Positions 30,205-39,950 of a stretch of DNA of 64,000 nt are shown here, in pieces (positions within the stretch are counted from its first letter, which is position 1; each line of letters starts with the position of its first letter). Made by a program: the position numbers and the translations under genes. A model generated the notes under the pieces. That model ran no database searches and was not told the origin of the DNA. It saw only the letters and a program-made list of their open reading frames with translations. Source of the stretch: Candidatus Latescibacterota bacterium (lineage in GTDB: Bacteria > Latescibacterota > UBA2968 > GCA-2709665); the NCBI GenBank assembly GCA_965222075.1, contig OZ244937.1, forward strand, positions 4,384,001-4,448,000, read 5' to 3'.

Positions 30205-32259
30205 GTGGTAGGCGATGCCCACATAGGGTCGCCGGCAGCGCCTCTTCAGGCCCCCGCCTCAGCTCCCACCCCTTCACGGGTTACGGGGGGAGTTACGGCC
30301 CGGTCCGTGCTCCTGGGCCTCGGGATGGTCATCGGGATAGATGTTTTGGCGATTCACGTGAAGTATATGCTTCCCCGCGGCCCGATGATGGCCTACAGCC
30401 ACGTCCCGATGGTTATGCTGATCGGTTTTGTCCTGATGCTCTTTGCAGGGGCGATTGCTGCACGGTGGTCGGGGACCGCCTTATCGTCCCCGGAGTGGCA
30501 TACGGTTCTGGCAATGGGAATTGTGGGAGCGGCTGTTCTGTTTTACGGGTACTCCGGCTACCTGATTACGTACATGGGTGCTCCGTATTACTATGCCACC
30601 GGTGAGAACGAATGGTTCAAGTACCTGCATCCCTACATCGCGGAGTGGCTGTTTCCCGGAAATGAAGAGAAAGCGGTGACCTTTTTCTGGGAGGGACTGC
30701 CAAAAGGCGCAGGTGTACCCTGGGGGCAATGGATCCTGCCGCTGCTGTGGTGGGGCGGATTGACCGCTGCGGCTTTTTTTGTGTATGTCTGCGTGACCGT
30801 GATCTTCCGCAAGCAGTGGGTACACAACGAGCGGATGGCCTATCCGGCCATGGCCCCGCTGGTCGAAATGGCCTCCAACCCGGGGGATGGTAGCGGGCTC
30901 CTCCCGGCGTTCTCCCAGCACACCCTCTTCCGGATCGGCTTTGGAGTCGTCTTCGGAATGATCGCCTGGAATTGTGTCAGCTACTTCTACCCCACCTTCC
31001 CCCAGTTCCCCATCTACGCGCAAGGTAGCAGGGCGTGGCAGGGGGGGCGCTGGATCTGGATCGGCCGGGATTTTCCTCCTATCTACGGCATCTTGGATAT
31101 TTTCACGATTTGCTTCTCCTATTTTGCGACCGTCGACGTGCTGCTCAGCATCTGGTTTTTCGACCTGCTCTTCATCTTCGAGGGGGGCATTCTGAACCGG
31201 ATCGGGTTCAACGCGACTTCGCGCTATTATTACGCAGGGGTCTGCCGCTGGCAGACGATGGGGGCCTTCGTCTTCCTGGTCATTTCGACCGTCTGGGTGG
31301 CGCGGCCCCACCTCCGGGAAGTGTTCCGGAAGACACTCAACAGGAAGACATCCATCGACGATCGGGACGAGTTGCTTTCTTATCGCACGGCAGTTGTGGG
31401 ACTGGTGATCGGCCTGATCTACATTTGGGCATGGCTTGTCCGAATTGGCTTCGATCCCCTGCAGGCGGCGCTTTTGCCGACGGGGGCGATCTTTACCTAT
31501 CTTGGGTTGGCCAGGATTCTTTCGGACACGGGTCTGCCCTACGTCAACGCCCCGGTGTGGGGGGGGTGGGGCCTGGTACGCCCCTTTCTTGACGGGGCGT
31601 CCATCGATGCGAGCACCCGGGTGGCCGCACGGACTTCCGGGGTTCTGTTGTCCAATTTCAAGGGATCGTTCCTGCCCGCCCTTACCCAGGCGGGACGGGT
31701 GGTGGAGGGGGTGCCGGGGAACCGGCGACAGGTGATGGGGGCCATTTTTCTGGCGTTCGCAACAAGTGTTGTCACCTGTGTGCTGCTGACGCTCTACCTG
31801 GGATATCAGCACGGGGCTCTGAACTTCACAGGCTGGGTGGCGATCCGGTCGGGCCATCCTCACTACGGGCACACGGCGAACTCCGTCCGAAAGTTTCTGA
31901 CGCAGGAGACCAAAGCTCCGATTTTTGTTGAGAACCCCGATGAGTTTGCCTTTTTTGGGATCGGCGCGCTGGTGATGGCAGCCCTGATCTATCTTCGGCA
32001 CCGGTTTGCTTGGTGGCCCCTTCATCCGGCTGGGCTGGCCATTTCGGGGTCGTTTCTGGCCCGGCGGACGAGCCTCACAATTCTTATGGCCTGGCTGATC
32101 AAATGGGTGACCGTAAAGGTCGGCGGCGCATCGGCTTATCAGAAATCCCGACCGCTGTTCCTGGGATTGCTTGTCGGCTATGTCATGGGGGTTGTGTTTT
32201 CGCTCCTCATCGATCTGATCTGGTTTCCGGAACTGGGACACATGGTCCACCGGCTCTGA
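30205..32259 (+). CDS. DUF6785/DUF6784-like polytopic membrane protein (copy 2)
   Basis: YYYATGENEW, RKQWVHNERMAYP, WWPLHPAG. AGGAGG RBS before GTG. Confidence 0.82.
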   Translation: MVGDAHIGSPAAPLQAPASAPTPSRVTGGVTARSVLLGLGMVIGIDVLAIHVKYMLPRGPMMAYSHVPMVMLIGFVLMLFAGAIAARWSGTALSSPEWHTVLAMGIVGAAVLFYGYSGYLITYMGAPYYYATGENEWFKYLHPYIAEWLFPGNEEKAVTFFWEGLPKGAGVPWGQWILPLLWWGGLTAAAFFVYVCVTVIFRKQWVHNERMAYPAMAPLVEMASNPGDGSGLLPAFSQHTLFRIGFGVVFGMIAWNCVSYFYPTFPQFPIYAQGSRAWQGGRWIWIGRDFPPIYGILDIFTICFSYFATVDVLLSIWFFDLLFIFEGGILNRIGFNATSRYYYAGVCRWQTMGAFVFLVISTVWVARPHLREVFRKTLNRKTSIDDRDELLSYRTAVVGLVIGLIYIWAWLVRIGFDPLQAALLPTGAIFTYLGLARILSDTGLPYVNAPVWGGWGLVRPFLDGASIDASTRVAARTSGVLLSNFKGSFLPALTQAGRVVEGVPGNRRQVMGAIFLAFATSVVTCVLLTLYLGYQHGALNFTGWVAIRSGHPHYGHTANSVRKFLTQETKAPIFVENPDEFAFFGIGALVMAALIYLRHRFAWWPLHPAGLAISGSFLARRTSLTILMAWLIKWVTVKVGGASAYQKSRPLFLGLLVGYVMGVVFSLLIDLIWFPELGHMVHRL

Positions 32260-32298
32260 GTGGAGCGGACGGGGCCCTGTCCACGGGAGGAGGGCAAG

Positions 32299-32950
32299 TT
32301 GGATACATCAGGCATCACCTACGAAGGCAGGACATGTGAAGCGCTGGGCATGGCGCTCGGCGGGCTGGGCACGTCCACACTGGAAATCGGCCGCAACGGC
32401 GCGTTTCAGAACCTGCGGTTGCAGAACGACTGGACCGGGGAGGTTCCCCCGACGCCGGAGGCGACCTTCCTCTCGGTTCACGCCCGAACGGCTTCCGGGA
32501 AGGCTGCGGGACGTGTGCTGCAGCTCAAGGCCCCAGAAGGACTCGAGGCCGTAGACGGCCTCACCTACACGGGCCGGTTTCCGTTTGTGGAGATTGCGTA
32601 CAGAGATGCGGACCTGCCCTGCAAGGTCGCGCTTGAGGCGTTCAGCCCGTTTGTGCCGCACGATGCGGGTTCGAGTTCTGTTCCAGTTATCTTCTTCACC
32701 TTCCGCCTTCGCAACGCAGGGTCCGAACCTGTGAGGCCACCGCAGCGATGTCCTGGGTGAACGACATTGCCGTTGAGAGGCAGCGGCGGAGATGGCCGGC
32801 GGCGGGCAACCGGAATACCGTGGTTGGAAACGGAGAACCGGCTGTGCTGATGGAGACGCGGGTGGAGGAGCTTGAGGGGTCGGAATACCTTCTGGCATGT
32901 CTGCCGCGGCGGAAGGGGTTCGGTACAGCAGGGTGTCGGACTGGTGGAAA
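32299..32950 (+). pseudogene. GH116-like (non-lysosomal glucosylceramidase N-terminal domain) remnant, frameshifted and truncated
   Basis: GMALGGLGTSTLEIG, YTGRFPF, LEAFSPFVPHD..SSVP..FFTFRLRN. Frame breaks near 32735 and 32900. No catalytic domain follows. Confidence 0.72.
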
Positions 32951-32968
32951 GGACCGGAGGGACGCTGG

Positions 32969-34417
32969 ATGGGGCCGAATGTCGTGTTCATTATGACTGA
33001 CGAGCAGAATCTGAGGGGCCTTTCCTGTTACCGGGGAACGGTCTGTCAGACGCCGTCCGTTGACCGTCTGGCCGCAGAGGGGGTGCTGTTTGAGAGGGCC
33101 TATTGTTCGTACCCCGTTTGCATGCCTTCAAGAGCGGCGTTTATGACGGGACGCTACCCTCATGTGAACGGGGTCAGGTCCAATGGTATCCCCTTGCCCG
33201 AGCGAGAGACCAGCCTGCCCGAAGTATTCAGGGCAGCAGGTTATACCACAGCCCTGTGCGGGAAGGACCACTGCTTTCCAGCAAAGACCCGGTCGTCGGT
33301 GTTTGATTACGCCTTCACGGCCATGCATTTTGGGATCCTGGACGAGATTCCCGCGGATTTTCCAGAGGGGGCGCGGGAGGTCAACCAGTACTACCAGGAT
33401 CTGCGGCCGAAGGCGTACTCTCCTTTCGGGCACGGCGTCATCCCCTTTCCCCCCGGGGTTTGCGACGCGGGTTTGATTACCGAGGCTGCCGTGCGCTTTG
33501 TGGAGCGGGCCGGGCGTTCCCCGTTTTTCCTCTGGCTTTCCTACCCGGGCCCCCATTGGCCTTTTACCTGTCCGGAAGCCTATGAATCCTTCTGCCCGCC
33601 CGAGAAGGTGGATATGCCTCCCGAAGACGATCTGTCCACCAAGCCGGAGTGCCAGGAGGTGGCACGGCGGCTGTTGGGCCTGGATAAGGCGAGCGAGGAC
33701 GATTTCCGCAAGATCATATCCCTCTATTATGGGAACTGTCGATACATCGACGATCAGATCGGGCGTTTTCTCGAGAAGCTTGCCGCACTGGGCCTGGAGG
33801 AGGACACCCTGGTGGTTTTTGTGAGCGACCACGGGGACTATCTGGGCGAACACGGCCTGATGCACAAATCGCCGGCTGCTTACGATGCACTGACGCGGAT
33901 TCCTTTTGTGTGGCGGTGGCCGGGACATATTCGTTCGGGGGAGTGCTGCAGCGAGCTGGTGGAAGAGATCGATTTTCTGCCCACTGTGCTCGATCTGTGC
34001 GGTCTGGAGGTACCCCGGGGCGTGCAGGGGGTCAGCCACGCCCGGGCGCTGCTGGGCAACGAGCCTTTTTACGCCCGGGAAGCGTGTTTTGCCGAATGCG
34101 GGGTTGAGGGCAGGGCGCCTGCGCTTGAGGACCTCAAGGAGGGCGATCTGCCCGAGAGCCCCTACTCGCAGTGGGCGCCGGGCGCAGTGGGCGCCGATTA
34201 CTGGAACGGCCGGCTCAAGATGGTTCGCACACACAGATGGAAGCTGGTGTATTACAGCAGGGGAGAGGGCGAGCTTTACGATATGGAGAACGATCCCTGG
34301 GAGCTCAATAATCTCTACCGTTCCCCCGATCACCAGGAGATCGTGCTGGATCTTAAAGAGCGGCTGCTCCGGTGGACAATGGACAGCGAAGATACTCTGC
34401 CTCCGTTGAATCGCTGA
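32969..34417 (+). CDS. Formylglycine-dependent (S1) sulfatase
   Basis: PNVVFIMTDEQ, CMPSRAAFMTGRY (CxPxR), GKDH, PHWP, SDHGD, ELYDMENDPWE. GGAGG RBS. Confidence 0.93.
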   Translation: MGPNVVFIMTDEQNLRGLSCYRGTVCQTPSVDRLAAEGVLFERAYCSYPVCMPSRAAFMTGRYPHVNGVRSNGIPLPERETSLPEVFRAAGYTTALCGKDHCFPAKTRSSVFDYAFTAMHFGILDEIPADFPEGAREVNQYYQDLRPKAYSPFGHGVIPFPPGVCDAGLITEAAVRFVERAGRSPFFLWLSYPGPHWPFTCPEAYESFCPPEKVDMPPEDDLSTKPECQEVARRLLGLDKASEDDFRKIISLYYGNCRYIDDQIGRFLEKLAALGLEEDTLVVFVSDHGDYLGEHGLMHKSPAAYDALTRIPFVWRWPGHIRSGECCSELVEEIDFLPTVLDLCGLEVPRGVQGVSHARALLGNEPFYAREACFAECGVEGRAPALEDLKEGDLPESPYSQWAPGAVGADYWNGRLKMVRTHRWKLVYYSRGEGELYDMENDPWELNNLYRSPDHQEIVLDLKERLLRWTMDSEDTLPPLNR

Positions 34418-34495
34418 GTCCAACCAGTGATAAGTCCTACGAAAAAGCGGTTGAGAATCGAGACGTCTCACACAAGATACGGAGAGGAGATGCTG

Positions 34496-35845
34496 ATGGG
34501 AAAGCTGGCATTGACGGGCGGTCCGAAGGCGGTGACGCTTGACAGGAGGAAGTTCACCGTTCCCCCTGTGAGCGAGGAGGCGATTGCGGCGGTGGTGGAG
34601 CTGATGCGCAAGGGCGAGACCTCCGTTTCGCCATCGGTCGCCGAGTTCGAATGCGAGTTTGCCGATTATATCGGCTGCGAATACGCACTGGCGCTTACCA
34701 GCGGCACGGCGGCGCTTCACACGGCCCTGTTCGCGGCCGGCGTGGGGCCAGGCGATGAGGTTATTGTTCCCTCCTACACATTCCCTACTACAGCGACGAC
34801 GGTGCCACCTCTGGGGGGAATTGCCGTCTTCGCCGATGTGGACCGCGATACGATGAACCTGGATCCCGCGGACATCGAGCGAAAGATTACGGGGCGGACC
34901 CGCGCGATCGTGGTCTGCCACGTCTGGGGCAATCCTGCGGACATGGAGCCGATTCTGGCGCTGGCGCGCCCACGGGAGATCGCCGTGATTGAGGACTGCT
35001 CGCACGCCCACGGTGCCACCTGGCAGGGGAAGAAGGTCGGTGCCGTGGGCGATGTCGGCTGTTTCAGTTGCCAGGGCTCCAAGCTGGTTGCGGCGGGCGA
35101 GGGCGGCGTGCTCACGACGAACGACCGCGACCTGTACGAGCGGGCCATCCTGCTGGGCCGCTCGGAGAAGCGTGCCGAAATCCGCGACGAGTCCTGGACG
35201 AAGCGCTTCGCCTTTACCGGGGTGGGCTTCAAGTACCGGCCCCACCCGCTGGGCATCGCAATCGCCCGCGAGCAGCTTCGCCACCTGGATGAAATGAACG
35301 AAATCCGCGACCGCAACGGTGCGGCCCTGGACGCCGGGCTGGCCGATGTGGCAGATGTGGCGCCCCAGCGGGTGCTTCCGGGCTGCCGGCGCGTGTACGC
35401 CTACCACTACATGCGGTATGATCCGGACAAGCTTGGTGGGGTATCGATTGAGGCCTTCCTGCGGGCGCTCGCAGCGGAGGGTGTGGGCACCGGCCGAATC
35501 GGGTACGGACGTTTGCACGGGAATCCGCTTTTCACGGAGGGATTCCCCTACGGTACGGAGCGTACGGCGTCGAGCGTGCTGGGGCAGGAGGCGCCGGAGT
35601 TCGCGAATGGACCGCTTCCGGTGACGGAACATCTCAGAGAGTATACCTTCCACGCGGCTCCCCGGCTCGAAACGGAGTGCCGGGAACTGATCAACCAGTA
35701 TCTGGATGCCTACCACAAGGTGGCTTCGGCCGCCGATGAACTCCTGGCTTACGAGAGGGAGCACGGCGGCAAGGCGCACAGGGCCCAGGCGAGCGCGCTG
35801 AGCGTGAACCCCGTCACTGCCCCGTCCGAAGGCGCCCGGAGGTGA
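34496..35845 (+). CDS. DegT/DnrJ/EryC1/StrS family aminotransferase
   Basis: SGTAALH, GPGDEVIVP, IEDCSHAHGA, FSCQGSK (PLP lysine), GEGG. Confidence 0.92.
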   Translation: MGKLALTGGPKAVTLDRRKFTVPPVSEEAIAAVVELMRKGETSVSPSVAEFECEFADYIGCEYALALTSGTAALHTALFAAGVGPGDEVIVPSYTFPTTATTVPPLGGIAVFADVDRDTMNLDPADIERKITGRTRAIVVCHVWGNPADMEPILALARPREIAVIEDCSHAHGATWQGKKVGAVGDVGCFSCQGSKLVAAGEGGVLTTNDRDLYERAILLGRSEKRAEIRDESWTKRFAFTGVGFKYRPHPLGIAIAREQLRHLDEMNEIRDRNGAALDAGLADVADVAPQRVLPGCRRVYAYHYMRYDPDKLGGVSIEAFLRALAAEGVGTGRIGYGRLHGNPLFTEGFPYGTERTASSVLGQEAPEFANGPLPVTEHLREYTFHAAPRLETECRELINQYLDAYHKVASAADELLAYEREHGGKAHRAQASALSVNPVTAPSEGARR

Positions 35846-35849
35846 ATCT

Positions 35850-36272
35850 GTGGACACTGTTAATGGCAAAAAACCCGGAATCCGATTCAGCGGACGCAAA
35901 GCTCATCAAGGGGGCGCCTATCCTGCACCTGCTGTCAGAGGTAGGGATCAGCATCTAATGGCGCTTCACCAGTGCCCTCCTCCCAGAGGTGGAACGTACG
36001 ATCCGGGGTGGCTGGCGGGGATGACGCTGGACCCGGCGGCGGTGTACGAGGCCTGGTGCAACCAGCGGGGTTACGTCTGCTTCATCCAGGAGCTGCACGG
36101 TCGGAAGGTGACGGCAGGGGACACGCTTGGGGCCGCCTACGTGGTGGGGTATTTCGATTCGGTAGAGGAGATGAACGAGGTCTACGACCACTACCGGGGG
36201 GCGCGGTCGATTGCCGTGGATGAGAAAGGTTTTGTGTTCTTGGAAGAGGTCCCGCAGGGTGAAGGGCGCTGA
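35850..36272 (+). pseudogene. Chimeric remnant: 3' end of a hypothetical protein on unrelated 5' sequence
   Basis: Protein-like WLAGMTLDP...EAWCNQRGYVCFIQE...VGYFDS from about 36005 onward. The first ~50 codons look atypical and have no RBS. Confidence 0.45.
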
Positions 36273-36317
36273 CCATCCATACTGTGCCACATGGAATGGT
36301 AGAAAAAGGGGAAGGCC

Positions 36318-37172
36318 ATGGCAGAGATCGTGGTGGGATTCGAAGGGAGCTGCCCACACAGCCCGGAAGGCGTTTGCGAGGAAGGAGAGAACCGATTTCG
36401 GATCCTTCCTTCCTGGCGGCCCAGCCCCGGCATCAGCGAGGAGGCCGTGGGGCGCAGCACGCGGCTGGGGTTCAGAGTAGTCAATAAGTCGCACGAGGCC
36501 GAGGCGGTCGAGTTGCTGATTGACTATCAGTATGATGACGCGCCGCAGGACGCATCAACGTCCAACAGCCGTGAGCAGTATATGTCCTACCGGGACTTTG
36601 TGGTGGTGAGGGAACCCGGCGAAGCGAACTGGCGCACGGTGATGGGGGACGTGGAGGGCACTGTGGCCACGTTCCAGGTTACGGTGCCACCGGGGGAGAC
36701 CGAGATCCACTGGCACCCGCCGTATACGTACTCGCAGAGCGAGGCCCTTGTGGCGTCTCTGCGCGATCATCCGCTGGTGCAGGTGGAGCCGATTGGGAAG
36801 AGCGAGGAGGGCCGCAACCTGTGGATGTTGAGGATCACCGATGCATCGACGCGGCCCAAGAAGCCCGCGATGATCGTGGATCGGTTCCACGCCTATGAAA
36901 GCGCGGCGAGCTATACGATGGAGGGTATGGTTCAATGGCTGCTGAGCGGTGAGCCGTGGGCCGTGGCGGCATTACGGACCTATGTCTTCCACGTGATTCC
37001 GATGGCCAACCCGGACGGCGTGGTAAATGGTATGGGTAGGTTGACGGCCCCGCAGGGGGCCGACCTGGTGTTCTGGCCGGCAACAGCGGACAGCACGCAC
37101 CGGGCCATCGTGGAGGCGACGGACCGTGTGAGGCCCAAACTGCATGTGACCCTCCACAACTGGCAGAACAAA
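36318..37172 (+). pseudogene. M14 zinc carboxypeptidase family protein, 3'-truncated
   Basis: PPYTYS, IGKSEEGR, RFHAYE, IPMANPDGV..G, TLHNW. The frame then reads through the RBS region of the next gene (ORF ends at 37343). Confidence 0.72.
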
Positions 37173-37197
37173 TTGATCTGCGAAACAGGAGTGTACA

Positions 37198-38772
37198 ATG
37201 GCGAAACTGAAAGCGGCACTGATCGGATGTGGCGGGCGTGGACGGGCGCATGGGCTGGGCTATGGGGCGTCGGAAGGTGTCGATCTGGTGGCCTGTGCCG
37301 ATGTGAACCGGCCCACGGCGGAGCTGCGGGCAGAGGAATTTGAGGCTTCGGGCGTGTACGGTGACTACCGCGAGATGCTGGATCGGGAAAAGCCGGAGGT
37401 GGTGAGCGTCTGTCTGTGGACGAAGCTGCATTACGACGCGGTGATGGCGTGTGTGGAGGCTGGCGTGAAGCTGATCAACTGCGAGAAGCCGATGGCGCCC
37501 ACATGGGGCGAGTCCCGCCGGATGCATGAGACCTGTGAAAAGGTAGGCGTGCTGATGACCTTCAGCCACCAGACGCGCTACGGGCCGTCGTTCGAGAAAG
37601 TGCGTGAGTTGGTACAGGAAGGCGCAATCGGGGACTTGATCCGCATCGAGGGCTGCGGCTCCAATCTGTTCGATCTGGGGACGCACCGGTTCGACCGGAT
37701 GTTCTTTTACAACGACGATCAGCCGGTCGAATGGGTGATGGGCCAGGTGAATTGCGCGGAGGACAAAAGGGTGTTCGACGTGCCGGTGGAGACGCACGGG
37801 GTCTCGTTCGTTGGATGGGAGAACGGGGTGACGGGCCTGCTGGTGACGGGGCACGCCAACCCGGTTCAGGACCGGTTGATCGGGTCGGAGGGCATCATTG
37901 AAAATGGCCCCCGGGGTGGGGTGCGAATGCTGCGCAGGGGTCAGTCAGATTGGGCGGTTCCGGAGATCAACCCTGTGGATTTGCCGGGACGGGAGACGGC
38001 GCTGTACATCTTAGATGCGATCGAATGGCTGGAGACGGGGAAGGAGTCGTGGACGTCGAGCCGGAAGGCCCTGCAGGCCACGGAGCTGATTTTTGCGACC
38101 TACGAGTCGGCGAGGCGGCGGGCACGGGTTGAATTGCCGCTGGAGATCGAGGATTCGCCGCTGCTGAGCATGCTCGAAAGGGGTGAGATTGCCATTCCCG
38201 ATTATCCTGCACGCCTGTTGGAGGAGGAAGCGTCGGACGGATACCGGTTGCTGTTCAATGGTAAGGACCTTTCCGGGTGGAAGGTCATCGGCCCGGAAGG
38301 CGCCTGGGGCGTTGAGAAAGGGTTGCTGGCATGCAATGGAAAAGGACGGGGGTGGATCCGGCCGGAAGGGACGTATAAGGATTTCATCTTGCGATTGGAC
38401 TACCGGATCAGCCCGCGCGGGAACAGTGGGATTTTCATTCGGACGATTGAGGAGGGGCGCCCGGCCTACCAGGGGATGGAGATTCAGTTGTTGGACGACT
38501 GCCGGAGCCCGATCACGGAGAAGTCGACCGGGGCGATTTACGACGCGGTGGTGCCCACACAGGAAGCGGCCCGGCCAGCCGGCAACTGGAACCAGATCGA
38601 GGTCTCTTGCCAGGGGCCGACCGTGCGCGTGGTGCTGAACGGGCGGGAGATCGTGAATTGCGACACGTCGGCGCATCCGGCGTTGAAAGATAGGCTGAAG
38701 TCCGGATTGATCGGGCTTCAGAACCAGAACAGCCCGATCAAGTTTCGGAATATCCGGATCAAGGTGCTGTAA
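37198..38772 (+). CDS. Gfo/Idh/MocA oxidoreductase fused to a DUF1080 (3-keto-glycoside hydrolase-like) domain
   Basis: IGCGGRG, CEKPMA, GTHRFD, then LFNGKDLSGW, GNSGIF, EIQLLD, GNWNQ, IGLQN, FRNIRIK. Confidence 0.9.
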   Translation: MAKLKAALIGCGGRGRAHGLGYGASEGVDLVACADVNRPTAELRAEEFEASGVYGDYREMLDREKPEVVSVCLWTKLHYDAVMACVEAGVKLINCEKPMAPTWGESRRMHETCEKVGVLMTFSHQTRYGPSFEKVRELVQEGAIGDLIRIEGCGSNLFDLGTHRFDRMFFYNDDQPVEWVMGQVNCAEDKRVFDVPVETHGVSFVGWENGVTGLLVTGHANPVQDRLIGSEGIIENGPRGGVRMLRRGQSDWAVPEINPVDLPGRETALYILDAIEWLETGKESWTSSRKALQATELIFATYESARRRARVELPLEIEDSPLLSMLERGEIAIPDYPARLLEEEASDGYRLLFNGKDLSGWKVIGPEGAWGVEKGLLACNGKGRGWIRPEGTYKDFILRLDYRISPRGNSGIFIRTIEEGRPAYQGMEIQLLDDCRSPITEKSTGAIYDAVVPTQEAARPAGNWNQIEVSCQGPTVRVVLNGREIVNCDTSAHPALKDRLKSGLIGLQNQNSPIKFRNIRIKVL

Positions 38773-38801
38773 CCGTTGCGGCGAAGGGAAGGAGATCAAC
38801 C

Positions 38802-38886
38802 GTGAGCAATACCCGGCCGAATATCCTGTATATTATGTCCGACGCCACGCGTCGCACGCGATGAGCCCTACGAAAAAGAGGATTAG
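38802..38886 (+). pseudogene. Sulfatase gene collapsed to its first ~22 and probably last ~8 codons
   Basis: GAAGGAG RBS, MSNTRPNILYIMSD(D)HASHAMS with a 1-nt loss, overlapped with DEPYEKED-stop across GCGATGAGC. Confidence 0.65.
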
Positions 38887-38917
38887 CTGCAATCAGCACA
38901 GCAAGGAGGTGTTCCTG

Positions 38918-39824
38918 ATGAACGAAGTCGAGATGTGGAAAAGCCTCATCATGTTGGGCGTGGTCTGCCTGCCGGTGGTGATTCTCTTCCTGAGCAGTGC
39001 TGTGGCATCCGCCCAGCCCCGCACCCTGTACAAACCCAAGGATGTTCAGAACGCTCGCGAGAACCTCAAACGGTATCCGTGGGCGCAGGAAATCGTGGAA
39101 GGCTGGAAACGCAGCGTGGACGCCGTGATGCAGCAGGATAGGAAGTTTCTGGAGGAGATCATCCCCACGTTCACTCCAACCACCCACTACAATCTGACCT
39201 GCCCGGCGTGCGTGGGCAAGCAGTCCCGGATGGGCCGGGCGCAGTTTTCCTGGGGCGGGCCGGAGGCCCCAGAAGAGGTTACGTGCAATGATTGCGGTAC
39301 GACGTATCCGAATGAAGCGTACCCGGAGACCGGCGTGCTGGAGTTGCCGAGGATGGGACAGACCATCCCGTACTACGAGACGCCCGGTGAGCGGGAGCAT
39401 CCCGAGGAACGGGCGAAGTACGCGTTTACGACCGCTCCGGGACAACCGATGATGACGAGTTTCAGCGGGCTGGCCCGGCTCTACAGAGCCCGGTGGGCGG
39501 CAGGACAGGCCCTGATGCTGGCCAAGCTATATGTGCTGACCGGCGAGACGGCCTGCGTGGAGCGGTGCGTGTGGATCCTGGACCGGTTTGTGCAGGACGT
39601 TCCACCTGGCCGAGCCGCTGCCGTCCGGGCTGGCTGTCAGAGGGTCGTATTTGCTGGCGCGTGGGCCTTCGAGGAAATATGGGGACCATCACGCTCCCCC
39701 ACCTCAAACCGGTTTTGAGATCGAGTCGAGTACAGGGAATTCGATCACGGTGCGGGACTACCCCGTGTTCGAGTGCGATGAGATCACGCTGTTGAACTCG
39801 AAATGGCTCTGGCTCGAACCGTAA
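38918..39824 (+). pseudogene. Heparinase/alginate-lyase-like secreted protein with a large internal deletion
   Basis: AAGGAGG RBS, signal peptide, ARENLKRYPWA, CPAC/CNDC, LAKLYVLTGE...ILDRF. An out-of-frame jump near 39592 leads to a C-terminal piece ending at 39824. Confidence 0.7.
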
Positions 39825-39950
39825 TCACAGCACAGAATGGGCATGGTGGACGCCCGGCTGCGACTGTGGCCCGGGGAATTGCCGGGGTATCTCTTTTCCT
39901 GCAAGGGGGTGCAGCGCATAGCGCTGCCGAAGGCAGGGAGGATTTTGAAT

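Noticed and set aside
32897-32968. N-terminal extension of the sulfatase
   Set aside because: It belongs to the GH116 remnant. The RBS and ATG at 32969 give a normal sulfatase start.
33128-35899. 923-aa minus-strand ORF, and similar long antisense ORFs at 30481-32250, 44325-45842, 24120-25565 and 19858-21195
   Set aside because: Shadow frames of clearly recognisable plus-strand genes in high-GC DNA, with no motifs of their own.
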